Program-made: the position numbers and the translations under genes
Assembly: GCA_003232175.1 (NCBI GenBank)
Contig: QILX01000011.1
Location: forward strand, 1-25,087
Length of the DNA stretch: 25,087 bases
Direction: 5' to 3'
Origin: Hyphomicrobiales bacterium
GTDB lineage: Bacteria; Pseudomonadota; Alphaproteobacteria; Rhizobiales; SZUA-8
Shown: piece after piece, positions 1-8,935 of the stretch
Numbering within the stretch: the first letter of the stretch is position 1
Layout of the letters: each line of letters begins with the position of its first letter
The notes under the pieces: model-generated
What the model was told of the DNA's origin: nothing
The model's input: the letters and a program-made list of their open reading frames with translations, nothing else
The model's database searches: none

Positions 1-1194
1 CATCGGCGCCCACATCAGTCTTGCCAAGGGTGGCGCGCTCGTTGGTGACGCTGGCGTCGTTGACCCTCAGCGCGCCGGCTTTCACATGACGTCGGGCTTC
101 GCCGTTGGAGGCTGTCAGTCCCACCAGAGTGGCGGCCGCCAACACACCGATCCCGGACTGAAGGTCACCGTTGGCGATTTCGACTGTTGGCAGGCTGTCG
201 CCTTGGCCACCCTCATCGAAGGTGCGTCGTGCCGTTTCCGCAGCCTCCTCGGCGGCTTTGCGGCCATGGACCAGTGCGGTGGCCTCGGTCGCCAGCGCGA
301 TTTTCGAGCTGTTGATTTCAGCCCCTTCAAGGGCGGCGAGCCGGTCGATTTCACGCAATTCGATGGTGGTGAAGAGCTTGAGGAAACGCCCGACATCAGC
401 GTCTTCGGTGTTGCGCCAGAACTGCCAGTACTCGTAGGGGCTGCACATATCGGCGTTGAGCCACACAGCGCCCGCCGCAGTCTTGCCCATTTTGGCGCCC
501 GACGCGGTGGTGATCAGCGGCGTCGTCAAAAAAGCTCGGCCCCGTCCATGCGCCGTCCAAGGTCGATGCCGCTGACAATATTACCCCACTGGTCCGAGCC
601 GCCCATTTGCAAACTGCAGCCATGGCGGCGGTAAAGCTCAACGAAGTCATAAGCCTGGAGCACCATGTAGTTAAACTCCAGGAAACTCAGAGGCTGTTCG
701 CGGTCCAGCCTGAGCTTGACCGAATCCATGGTCAGCATGCGGTTGACTGAAAAATGGCGGCCGACATCGCGCAGGAAATCGACGTAGTTCAGATCCAGCA
801 GCCAATCGGCATTGTCATCCATGATGGCATCTTTGGGCCCGTCGCCAAATTGCAGGAATTTGGCGAAACTCGCCTTGATAGAGACCTTGTTGGCATCGAT
901 TTCCGCTCCCGTGCGGAGCTGTCTTGTATCGTCCTTGCCCGAGGGGTCGCCGACCCTGGTGGTGCCGCCGCCCATCAGGGCGATGGGCCGGTGGCCATGG
1001 ACCTGAAACCAGTGCAGCATCATGATCGATACCAGATTGCCGACATGAAGGCTGGGGGCGGTGCAGTCGTAACCGACATAACAGGTCACTGTCTCGCGGG
1101 CGAGACGCGCATCGAGGCCCGCAAGGTCCGAACACTGGTGGACAAACCCGCGCGCGTGCATTTCGGTTAGGAAATCGGATTTGTCCGTTGTCAT
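1..1194 (-). pseudogene. tyrS: Tyrosyl-tRNA synthetase; frameshifted at ~528-533 in this sequence (probably artefactual); 3' end lies beyond the window
   Basis: ATG at 1194 gives [21 protein letters not shown], with HIGH-like HVGN, GDPSGK and [11 protein letters not shown], stopping at TGA 528-526. The -1 frame from 529 continues [25 protein letters not shown] (KMSKS-like motif) to an S4-like [19 protein letters not shown] and stays open to position 1. Confidence 0.95.
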
Positions 1195-1334
1195 GGGTGG
1201 CGCTCCGCCGGTTGCCGTTGATACTTTTGTGGGCCGAGCGTTACGACCAAAGCGCCTGTGGCGCAACAAATCCACGCCAGGAAGGTTTTTTATTGTCAAT
1301 TCGGTGCCGACCTTGAGAGTCTTTGCATTGTAAT

Positions 1335-1416
1335 CGGCACCAGCCCGCTCCCCCACCCGGCCACCCCCCAGGATATGATCAAAGGGGTGGCCGGGTGGGG
1401 GAGCGGGCCGGGGCCG
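1335..1416. repeat. REP-like inverted repeat: 25-bp perfect stem, 16-nt loop
   Basis: GCCCGCTCCCCCACCCGGCCACCCC (1343-1367) is the exact reverse complement of 1384-1408. The flanks CGGCACCA and CGGGGCCG pair at 6 of 8 positions. Confidence 0.85.
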
Positions 1417-1451
1417 ACTACCGCCACCGGCAAATAATGTTAGGCTGACCC

Positions 1452-2564
1452 ATGAGCAAAGTCAGATGGGCCATCGGGTTGATGAGCGGCACTTCGCTCG
1501 ACGGCATTGATGCGGCGTTGATTGAAACCGACGGGCGCAACATCATCGCCGCCGGTCCGGTGCGCCATCTGGCCTACAGCGCCGGCTTTCGCGCTGAACT
1601 GCGCCAGTGCCTCGATATTGCAAGGGCCCACCGCTCACCCGCCCGCATCAGCGGTGATCTGGCGCAGACCGCACGCCGGCTTTCGGTGCTTCACGCCGAA
1701 TGTGTTCGCGACCTTCTGGCCGATGCCAGCCTTCCGGCGTCCGAGATCGCCGCCATCGGATTTCATGGCCAGACGGTGCTGCACCGCCCGGATGACGGGG
1801 TGACGGTGCAGATCGGGGAGGGCGACTGGCTGGCGGCAGAACTGGGCATGCCGGTCGTTGGTCAATTCCGTGCCGCAGATGTCGCCGCCGGAGGCCAGGG
1901 CGCGCCGTTTGCCCCGGCCTATCATCGCGCCCTTGTCGCCGCATTGCCTGGTCCGGCGGCGGAGCCTGTCGTGGTGGTCAATATTGGCGGGGTGTCCAAT
2001 GTCACCTTTATCCACGGCGACGCCGACCCGATCGCATTTGACAGTGGTCCGGGCAATGCGCTTCTGGATGACTGGGTGGCGGCAAAAACCGACAGGGTGT
2101 TTGACGAGGACGGAGCGTTCGCCCGCACCGGCCAGATCGATGGCGCGGCCCTGGCGGTGCTGATGGCCAATGAATATCTCGCCAAACCACCGCCTAAATC
2201 TCTGGACCGGAACGATTTTTCATGTGAGCCGGTGACGGATTTGAGCCTAGAGGATGGGGCTGCGACCCTGACGGCATTTACCGCCGAAGTCGTCGCTGTG
2301 TCGGCGCGTCATTTTCCCACGCCCCCCGGCCAATGGATTATCTGCGGCGGTGGCCGGCACAACCGAACCCTCATGGAGGAGCTTGCGCGCCGAATACCAC
2401 AGAAAGTGGCGCGGGCTGAAGATTTTGGCTGGCGCGGAGATGATATTGAAGCCGAAGCCTTTGGTTATCTGGCCATCAGGAGCCTTGACGGGTTGCCGCT
2501 ATCCTGGCCAACAACAACCGGCGTGCCGCGTCCGATGCCCGGCGGAATTCTCCATCTGCCTTAA
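1452..2564 (+). CDS. anmK: Anhydro-N-acetylmuramic acid kinase
   Basis: Motifs [46 protein letters not shown] and EAEAFGYLA. Divergent from tyrS, as is usual in alphaproteobacteria. Confidence 0.96.
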   Translation: MSKVRWAIGLMSGTSLDGIDAALIETDGRNIIAAGPVRHLAYSAGFRAELRQCLDIARAHRSPARISGDLAQTARRLSVLHAECVRDLLADASLPASEIAAIGFHGQTVLHRPDDGVTVQIGEGDWLAAELGMPVVGQFRAADVAAGGQGAPFAPAYHRALVAALPGPAAEPVVVVNIGGVSNVTFIHGDADPIAFDSGPGNALLDDWVAAKTDRVFDEDGAFARTGQIDGAALAVLMANEYLAKPPPKSLDRNDFSCEPVTDLSLEDGAATLTAFTAEVVAVSARHFPTPPGQWIICGGGRHNRTLMEELARRIPQKVARAEDFGWRGDDIEAEAFGYLAIRSLDGLPLSWPTTTGVPRPMPGGILHLP

Positions 2565-2565
2565 A

Positions 2566-2583
2566 ACCGGGGCCGGTCTTTTT
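2566..2583 (+). terminator. Weak intrinsic terminator candidate after anmK
   Basis: Short stem ACCGG-GG-CCGGT followed by CTTTTT, directly after the anmK stop, between convergent genes. Confidence 0.3.
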
Positions 2584-2598
2584 CAGTTTGGTGCGGGC

Positions 2599-3264
2599 TC
2601 AGGCGCCCCCGTCTTTGAGTGCCGCGGGCGCGAGGCGCTGGTCCAGATAGCAGTCAATATTGGTCATCAGTTCGTCGACGTGGTTTTCGAAAAAATGGTT
2701 GGCGCCGGGTATCACCTGGTGGTCGATGACGATACCCTTTTGGGTTTTTAGCCGATCGACGAGCTTGTCAACCTCGTCGGGGCGGACCACGGCGTCGTCT
2801 GAACCGTTGATCATCAATCCGGACGACGGGCACGGGGCCAGGAAGCTGAAATCATAAAGGCTTGCGGGCGGCGCAACGGATATGAACCCCTCAACCTCGG
2901 GCCGGCGCATGAGCAGCTGCATGCCGATCCAGGCGCCGAACGAGACACCGGCGACCCAGCAGGCGCGGCTCTCATTGTTGATGCGCTGGGCCCAGTCCAG
3001 CGCTGTTGCCGCATCGGCCAGCTCGCCCTGTCCGGAGTCAAATGCGCCCTGACTGCGACCGACACCGCGAAAATTCAATCGCAATACCGAAAACCCGCGG
3101 GCCACGAACGAATAATAAAGCTGGTAGACGATGGGGTTGTTCATCGTGCCGCCAAATTGCGGATGGGGGTGTAAAATCAATGCTACAGGTGCATTCAGCC
3201 CTTCGTCGTGATGATACCGTCCCTCCAGCCGACCGGCGGCACCATTAAAAATGACTTCAGGCAT
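2599..3264 (-). CDS. Alpha/beta hydrolase of the family usually found divergent from alphaproteobacterial suf operons
   Basis: MPEVIFNG..GRLEGRY, HPHPQFGGTMNN, nucleophile elbow GVSFG, late Asp (GSDD) and His (ANHFF). Confidence 0.92.
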   Translation of the reverse strand: MPEVIFNGAAGRLEGRYHHDEGLNAPVALILHPHPQFGGTMNNPIVYQLYYSFVARGFSVLRLNFRGVGRSQGAFDSGQGELADAATALDWAQRINNESRACWVAGVSFGAWIGMQLLMRRPEVEGFISVAPPASLYDFSFLAPCPSSGLMINGSDDAVVRPDEVDKLVDRLKTQKGIVIDHQVIPGANHFFENHVDELMTNIDCYLDQRLAPAALKDGGA

Positions 3265-3328
3265 ATGAAATTTTACTCCGTTTCAGGTATTGGCGAGAAA
3301 AAAGCCGGTTGCAATGCAAAACTGGCCA

Positions 3329-3365
3329 AATATAATTCTTGACTGATATGATCAGGAATTATATT
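3329..3365. promoter_or_regulatory. Palindromic Rrf2/IscR-type operator (TGA-N9-TCA core) overlapping predicted -10 elements
   Basis: AATATAATTCTTGA-CTGATATGA-TCAGGAATTATATT has 14-bp arms with one mismatch. It contains TTGACT and a TATAAT on each strand. On +, TTGCAA (3309-3314)-N16-TATAAT (3331-3336). Confidence 0.7.
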
Positions 3366-3377
3366 GAAAGCCTAAAC

Positions 3378-3394
3378 CTTGGAATGGTTCAAAA
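3378..3394. promoter_or_regulatory. ICE-like (Irr) box
   Basis: CTTGGAA-TGG-TTCAAAA matches TTTRGAA-N3-TTCYAAA at 12 of 14 positions and lies upstream of a suf operon. Confidence 0.5.
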
Positions 3395-3531
3395 AAACGC
3401 TTCGAAGCCGATAACATTTGCAAGCGGTTCATATCATATGTCGTCGGTAGGAATGCAAGTGCATTGGTCGGTCAAGGTCAAAAAATTCTGATTGCAAATC
3501 CAAATCGACAAAGATTTGAGGAGCAGCGGCT

Positions 3532-4086
3532 ATGAAACTTTCCAGCAAAGGGCGCTATGCGGCGATGGCGATGGTCGAACTTGCACGGCAAAGCACCGAT
3601 AGCGCTGGCGGGCGTTCCATCAGCCTGGGGCGGATTGCCGAAAGTCAGGGGCTTTCGCTCGCCTATCTGGAACAATTGTTCAACAAATTGCGGCGCGCCG
3701 GCCTGGTTCAGGCGACTCGCGGTCCTGGTGGCGGCTACCGGTTGGCGGTGGCAGCTGACCGTATCCGCCTTTCCGACGTCATGTTCGCTGTCGACGAGCC
3801 GGTGCGCACCAACGCTTGCCCGGACGGCTCCGGTCGGGGCTGCCGGGGGCAGGGGCAATGTGATTGCCATGATGTGTGGAATGCGCTGGGCGCCCATATC
3901 TTATCCTTTCTCGGGGCCGTCACCCTGGCCGACATCATTCAGGGCCGGTCCCATGAATTTGTCGCCCCCGGGTTGGGCTGCAAGGCGATCTGCGCCGAAG
4001 ACTGGGATTTGGCGGTGCGAGAAGAGGCAGACCAGGTCAGGCCGTCAGTCAATGTCAACCTCGCGCGCCTTGCGGCTCGGAGGTAA
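3532..4086 (+). CDS. iscR: Rrf2-family regulator, IscR-like
   Basis: MKLSSKGRYA, SLAYLEQLF (E43-equivalent), RGPGGGY, and ligand set C-X7-C-X5-C-X2-H. RBS GAGGAG. First gene of the Fe-S operon. Confidence 0.88.
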   Translation: MKLSSKGRYAAMAMVELARQSTDSAGGRSISLGRIAESQGLSLAYLEQLFNKLRRAGLVQATRGPGGGYRLAVAADRIRLSDVMFAVDEPVRTNACPDGSGRGCRGQGQCDCHDVWNALGAHILSFLGAVTLADIIQGRSHEFVAPGLGCKAICAEDWDLAVREEADQVRPSVNVNLARLAARR

Positions 4087-4089
4087 GGC

Positions 4090-5243
4090 ATGAGGACTTA
4101 TCTTGATCACAATGCCACAACCTCCTTGCGGCCCCAGGCGAAGGCGGCGCTGGAAACAGCGCTCACTGCCGGAAACCCCTCTTCGGTCCACCGCGAAGGG
4201 CAGCGGGCAAGAGCCATGGTCGAGGCAGCTCGCGGCCAGGTGGCGGCAGCGCTGGGCGTATCACAGGCGGAAATCAGTTTTGGCAGCGGCGCCACAGAGG
4301 CTGCCAATCATGCGGTCTTTGCCGCCGGCCGGCTGGGCCGCACCCGGGTGGTGCGCAGCGCTACCGAGCACGCCGCCGTCAACGCCGCGGCGCGCAATCA
4401 TGGCCGCGAAAATGAAATCTGCCCGGTCGATGGCCAGGGCAGAATCGATCTTGTTCGCCTTGAAGCGCTTCTTGGCGACCGGGGGGAGGAAACCCTTGTC
4501 GCGGTCATGGCGGCCAACAACGAAACCGGAGTGTTGCAGCCGATAAGCGATATCGTCACTCTGGCCCGCGCCGCTGGCGCCTGGGTGCTGGTCGACGCGG
4601 TGCAAATGATTGGGCGGCTGCCCTTTGATGCCGGCGAACTTGATATCGACATGGTTTCGCTTTCGGCCCACAAACTTGGCGGGCCCAAGGGAGTTGGCGC
4701 GCTTTATATTCGCGACGCCCTAAAAGCCGGCGCGATGATTTCAGGTGGTGGACAAGAACATGGCCGCAGGGGCGGTACCGAAAATGTTGCCGGGGTTGCC
4801 GGTTTTGGCGCCGCGGTGGAGGCCGCTATTCAGACCCGAGACGAGGAGGCGGCGCGGCAGCGCATCTTGCGCGATCGCCTTGAGGCGACGCTTCGTTCGC
4901 TCGCGCCGGACGTAGTTATTTTTGGCGAAAAAACCGATCGCCTGCCCAATACATGTGCTTTCTCCATCCCCGGTCGGCGGGCCGAAACCCTGGTGATCGC
5001 CCTTGACCTTGAGGGCGTGGCAGTTCGGGTTCGGCCTGCTCCTCGGGCAAGACCGGGGCTGGCCATGTACTCAGCGCCATGGGGGTGGACACTGAAACCG
5101 CCATGGGCGCCATTCGCGTCAGCGTGGGGTGGACGAGCACCGACGACGATATCGATCATTTTGGACAGGCATTGGCAAATGTCCTGGGACAGCCGAGCAG
5201 GGCCCCCACTGGGGTTGCCGGCGATTTGCAGTTAAGCGTTTAG
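4090..5243 (+). pseudogene. iscS: Group I (IscS/NifS-type) cysteine desulfurase; frameshifted at ~5024-5026 (probably artefactual)
   Basis: YLDHNATT, NPSSVH, ANNETGV and PLP lysine SAHKLGGPKG. The shifted frame from 5025 reads SGSACSSGK..HVLSAMG..GAIRVSVGW to TAG 5241-5243, just before the sufB RBS. Confidence 0.92.
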
Positions 5244-5256
5244 GGAAAGGGACCCC

Positions 5257-6729
5257 ATGGCGGCGGTCAAGGAAACCATCGATCAGGTCAAAGGCATTGA
5301 TCTGGACAAATACAAATACGGCTTTGTCACAAATATCGGCAGCGAAAAGGCCCCAAAGGGCCTGAACACGGACATCGTGCGCTACATCTCGGCCAAGAAG
5401 GACGAGCCGGAATGGATGCTCGAATGGCGTCTGGACGCTTACGAGCGCTGGCTGACCATGGAGGAACCCGACTGGGCCAAGGTCAACTACCCCAAAATCG
5501 ATTTCAACGATCTTTATTATTACTCCGAGCCAAAATCGGATTCCGACGGCCCCAAGAGCCTGGACGAGGTCGATCCCGAGCTGCTTCGGACTTACGAGAA
5601 GCTTGGTATTCCGATAAAAGAGCAGGCGGTCCTGGCCGGGGTTCAGGGCGCACGGGTGGCGGTCGATCTGGTGTTCGATTCGGTCTCGGTGGTCACCACC
5701 TTCAAGGCCGAGCTGGCCAAGGCCGGGGTGATTTTCTGCCCCATGTCCGAAGCGGTGCGCGAGCATCCCGAACTGATACGCAAATATCTGGGCTCCGTGG
5801 TGCCCAAATCGGACAATTTTTATGCCGCCCTCAACTCCGCCGTGTTCTCCGACGGCAGTTTTGTCTACATCCCCCCCGGGGTGCGCTGCCCGATGGAGCT
5901 TTCGACCTATTTCCGTATCAACGAGCCCAATACCGGCCAGTTCGAGCGCACTCTGATCATCGCCGACAAGGGTTCGTTTGTGAGCTATCTGGAGGGCTGC
6001 ACCGCGCCGATGCGCGATGAAAACCAGCTTCATGCCGCCGTGGTCGAGCTCATCACCCATGAAGATGCGGAAATCAAATATTCCACCGTGCAGAACTGGT
6101 ACCCCGGCGATTCTGAGGGCAAGGGCGGTATCTTCAATTTTGTCACCAAGCGCGGCGACTGCCGTGGCGACAATTCGAAAATTTCCTGGACGCAAGTCGA
6201 GACCGGCTCGGCGATCACCTGGAAATATCCCTCCTGCATCCTGAGGGGCGATAATTCGCGCGGCGAGTTCTACTCCATCGCCATCTCCAACGGCCGCCAG
6301 CAGATCGACAGCGGCACCAAGATGATTCACTTGGGAAAAAACACCTCAAGCCGCATCATTTCCAAGGGCATCTCGGCGGGCAAATCGTCCAACACCTATC
6401 GCGGCCTGGTTTCCGCCCATCGTAAAGCGACCGGCGCGCGTAATTTCACCCAGTGCGATTCGCTCCTCATCGGTGACCAGTGTTCGGCCCATACCGTGCC
6501 TTACATCGAGGCCAATACCCCGAGTGCCCAGTTCGAGCATGAAGCCACGACGTCGAAAATCTCCGACGACCAGCTTTTCTACTGCACCTCGCGCGGGCTT
6601 GGCGAAGAGGAGGCCGTGGCGCTGATCGTGAACGGCTTCTGCAAGGAGGTGTTGCAGAAACTGCCGATGGAATTTGCCGTAGAGGCGCAAAGCCTCGTCG
6701 GCATCAGCCTTGAGGGGAGCGTCGGGTAA
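5257..6729 (+). CDS. sufB: Fe-S cluster assembly scaffold SufB
   Basis: [50 protein letters not shown]-terminal LEGSVG. Frame intact. Confidence 0.98.
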   Translation: MAAVKETIDQVKGIDLDKYKYGFVTNIGSEKAPKGLNTDIVRYISAKKDEPEWMLEWRLDAYERWLTMEEPDWAKVNYPKIDFNDLYYYSEPKSDSDGPKSLDEVDPELLRTYEKLGIPIKEQAVLAGVQGARVAVDLVFDSVSVVTTFKAELAKAGVIFCPMSEAVREHPELIRKYLGSVVPKSDNFYAALNSAVFSDGSFVYIPPGVRCPMELSTYFRINEPNTGQFERTLIIADKGSFVSYLEGCTAPMRDENQLHAAVVELITHEDAEIKYSTVQNWYPGDSEGKGGIFNFVTKRGDCRGDNSKISWTQVETGSAITWKYPSCILRGDNSRGEFYSIAISNGRQQIDSGTKMIHLGKNTSSRIISKGISAGKSSNTYRGLVSAHRKATGARNFTQCDSLLIGDQCSAHTVPYIEANTPSAQFEHEATTSKISDDQLFYCTSRGLGEEEAVALIVNGFCKEVLQKLPMEFAVEAQSLVGISLEGSVG

Positions 6730-6827
6730 TATGACGGCCAAACCATCTGGCGCCTCGCGCAAGACCGTAGATTTGGGGAGGGCTTCAACTGCCCCTTGGA
6801 TTGTTATGACGGAGAGATCGGCAAGAC

Positions 6828-7601
6828 ATGAGTAGTGATTTTCTGAATATCGAAAACCTGGTGGTAGAGGTCGCGGGCAAGCCGATCATCAACGGCCTCA
6901 ACCTCACCATGGCCCCCGGCGAAGTGCATGCCATCATGGGGCCGAACGGGTCGGGCAAGTCGACGCTGTCTTACGCCCTGGCCGGACGTAACGGCTATGA
7001 AGTCACAGGCGGTTCGGTAACCTTTCTGGGGCGGGACCTCACACAGATGAGCCCCGATGAGCGGGCCGCCGCTGGCGTTTTTCTGGCGTTTCAATACCCC
7101 ATCGAAATCCCCGGTGTGGCGACGATGACGTTTCTGAAAGAAGCCATAAACGCCCAGCGCCGGGCGAGGGGGTTGGACGATCTGCCGACGCCGCAATTCA
7201 TGCGCCTGGTGCGCGAAAAAGCCAAGGCGTTGAAAGTTAGTGACGATATGCTCAAGCGGCCACTGAATGTCGGGTTTTCAGGTGGCGAGAAAAAGCGCAA
7301 CGAAATCCTGCAAATGGCGTTGCTGGAACCACGCCTGGGCGTGCTGGACGAGACAGATTCGGGGCTCGATATCGATGCCTTGAAGGTCGTGGCCGAAGGG
7401 GTGAACTCTTTACGCGCGGCCGATAGGTCTTTTCTGGTCATCACCCATTACCAGCGCCTGCTCGATCACATCGTGCCCGATTTTGTTCATGTGATGGCGG
7501 GGGGGAGGATCGTGCGCTCCGGCGACAAAAGTCTGGCGCTGGAGCTTGAACGCGAAGGTTATGCCGAATTTGAAACCGGTATGGGGCAGAGTGCTGCGTG
7601 A
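6828..7601 (+). CDS. sufC: Fe-S assembly ATPase SufC
   Basis: Walker A GPNGSGKST, FQYPIEIPGV, signature GFSGGEKKRNE, DETDSGLDIDAL, ITHYQRLL. Confidence 0.98.
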   Translation: MSSDFLNIENLVVEVAGKPIINGLNLTMAPGEVHAIMGPNGSGKSTLSYALAGRNGYEVTGGSVTFLGRDLTQMSPDERAAAGVFLAFQYPIEIPGVATMTFLKEAINAQRRARGLDDLPTPQFMRLVREKAKALKVSDDMLKRPLNVGFSGGEKKRNEILQMALLEPRLGVLDETDSGLDIDALKVVAEGVNSLRAADRSFLVITHYQRLLDHIVPDFVHVMAGGRIVRSGDKSLALELEREGYAEFETGMGQSAA

Positions 7602-7630
7602 GCGGAAGTTAGGGAAGTGTTTGTAAGCTG

Positions 7631-8935
7631 ATGAATATTCATCAAAATATCGATCCCAATACCACCGAGGCGGCCCTTGCCGCGGCCTATGCCGCTAGGC
7701 GCGCGGCACTGCCAGGCGGGGTTAAGCTTGCCGAGATTCGCGATGAGGCCATGGCGCGCTTTAAGACCCTTGGTCTGCCCCATCGCCGCATCGAAGCATG
7801 GCATTTCACTGACCTTCGCCGTCTTCTGGCCGAAGCCTCGGCCCTAAGCGGCGAGGCGGCGGCGCCTCAAGTGGCCGATACTGGTTTTGCCGATCTCAAA
7901 CCCGCCCGGCTGGTCTTTGCCGGCGGTGCATTCGTGGCCGAGCTCTCCGATATTGAGGGCCTGGGCGAGGGGGTTGAAATCGCGGCCCTTTCCGCCGGCC
8001 CGCTGCCCGAATGGGCGCTGGCGCAAATCGCCGCGCGCCGGCCCGCTGGTGATAATGCGGTGTTTGACCTGGGGCTGGCGATGATGTCCGACGGGGCGCT
8101 GATCCGTGTCGCCGCCGGCTGCACTCCGGCCCGGCCGGTGGAAATCATCTCGATGTCGTCGGGCGGCGGATCCGTTCTTCGCCATGTCGTGGAGGTTGGT
8201 GACGGCGCAAAGCTTCGCCTGGCCGAACACTGCAGCGGCGAGGGGGCCATGACCCTCACAGCGATGAGTATTGATCTGGGCGATGGTGCCCGGCTTGATC
8301 ATGTCAAGGTTCAGGACGAGGGGCGGTCGACGGCTCACCTTGCGCCGGTTGTGGGGCTCATCGGCACAAGGGCGGTGATCAATTCATTTACCCTCACCCT
8401 TGGGGCGGACCTGGCCCGCGAAGAGCGTCATGTCCGGTTTGACGGCGATGACGGCGGCGGCAGCATTTCCGGCGCATTTCTTCTGTCGGGCAAGACCCAT
8501 GCCGATACCACCCTTTTCATCGACCACGCCAAACCCGGCGGCCAGAGCCGCGAGGTGTTCAAGGGTATCGTTGATGACGCGGCACGATCGGTGGTTCAGA
8601 CCTCGGTCGTGGTTGCACAACACGCCCAGAAAACCGATGCCCGACAGGGCATTCACGCGATGCTTTTGTCCGACCGCGCCGCCCACTACAGCAAGCCGGA
8701 ACTTGAAATTTATGCTGACGATGTGCAGTGCGCCCATGGCGCCACTGTTGGCGAGCTGGACGAAAACGCGATGTTTTACCTTATGTCCCGCGGCATCTCC
8801 CGGACCGTGGCCGAAGCCATGCTGATCGAAGCTTTTGTCTTTGGTGCCATGGATGAAATTGCCGACGACGATTTGCGGGAAGCCATAAGCGCATACGCCC
8901 TGGCGCGCCTTGATCAGAGGCAGACCCATGGCTGA
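7631..8935 (+). CDS. sufD: Fe-S assembly protein SufD
   Basis: EAWHFTDL, AQKTDARQ, KPELEIYADDVQCAHGATVG, FYLMSRGI. Located between sufC and sufS. Confidence 0.95.
   Translation: MNIHQNIDPNTTEAALAAAYAARRAALPGGVKLAEIRDEAMARFKTLGLPHRRIEAWHFTDLRRLLAEASALSGEAAAPQVADTGFADLKPARLVFAGGAFVAELSDIEGLGEGVEIAALSAGPLPEWALAQIAARRPAGDNAVFDLGLAMMSDGALIRVAAGCTPARPVEIISMSSGGGSVLRHVVEVGDGAKLRLAEHCSGEGAMTLTAMSIDLGDGARLDHVKVQDEGRSTAHLAPVVGLIGTRAVINSFTLTLGADLAREERHVRFDGDDGGGSISGAFLLSGKTHADTTLFIDHAKPGGQSREVFKGIVDDAARSVVQTSVVVAQHAQKTDARQGIHAMLLSDRAAHYSKPELEIYADDVQCAHGATVGELDENAMFYLMSRGISRTVAEAMLIEAFVFGAMDEIADDDLREAISAYALARLDQRQTHG

Noticed and set aside
526-536. prfB-like programmed frameshift (CTT TTT TGA) in tyrS
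   Set aside because: prfB shifts +1 at CUU-UGA with an internal SD. This site needs -1, has no obvious stimulator, and would still lack a conserved residue.
1195-1356. Upstream ORF-track starts for tyrS (1356); likewise for CDF (18992), gyrA (19307), coaD (22772) and the cyclophilin (23244)
   Set aside because: The extensions are not homologous to the families; family-typical N-termini begin at the downstream starts, most with a visible RBS.
5119-6330. 403-aa minus-strand ORF
   Set aside because: Antisense shadow of sufB with no recognisable motifs; long shadow ORFs are expected from high-GC codon bias.
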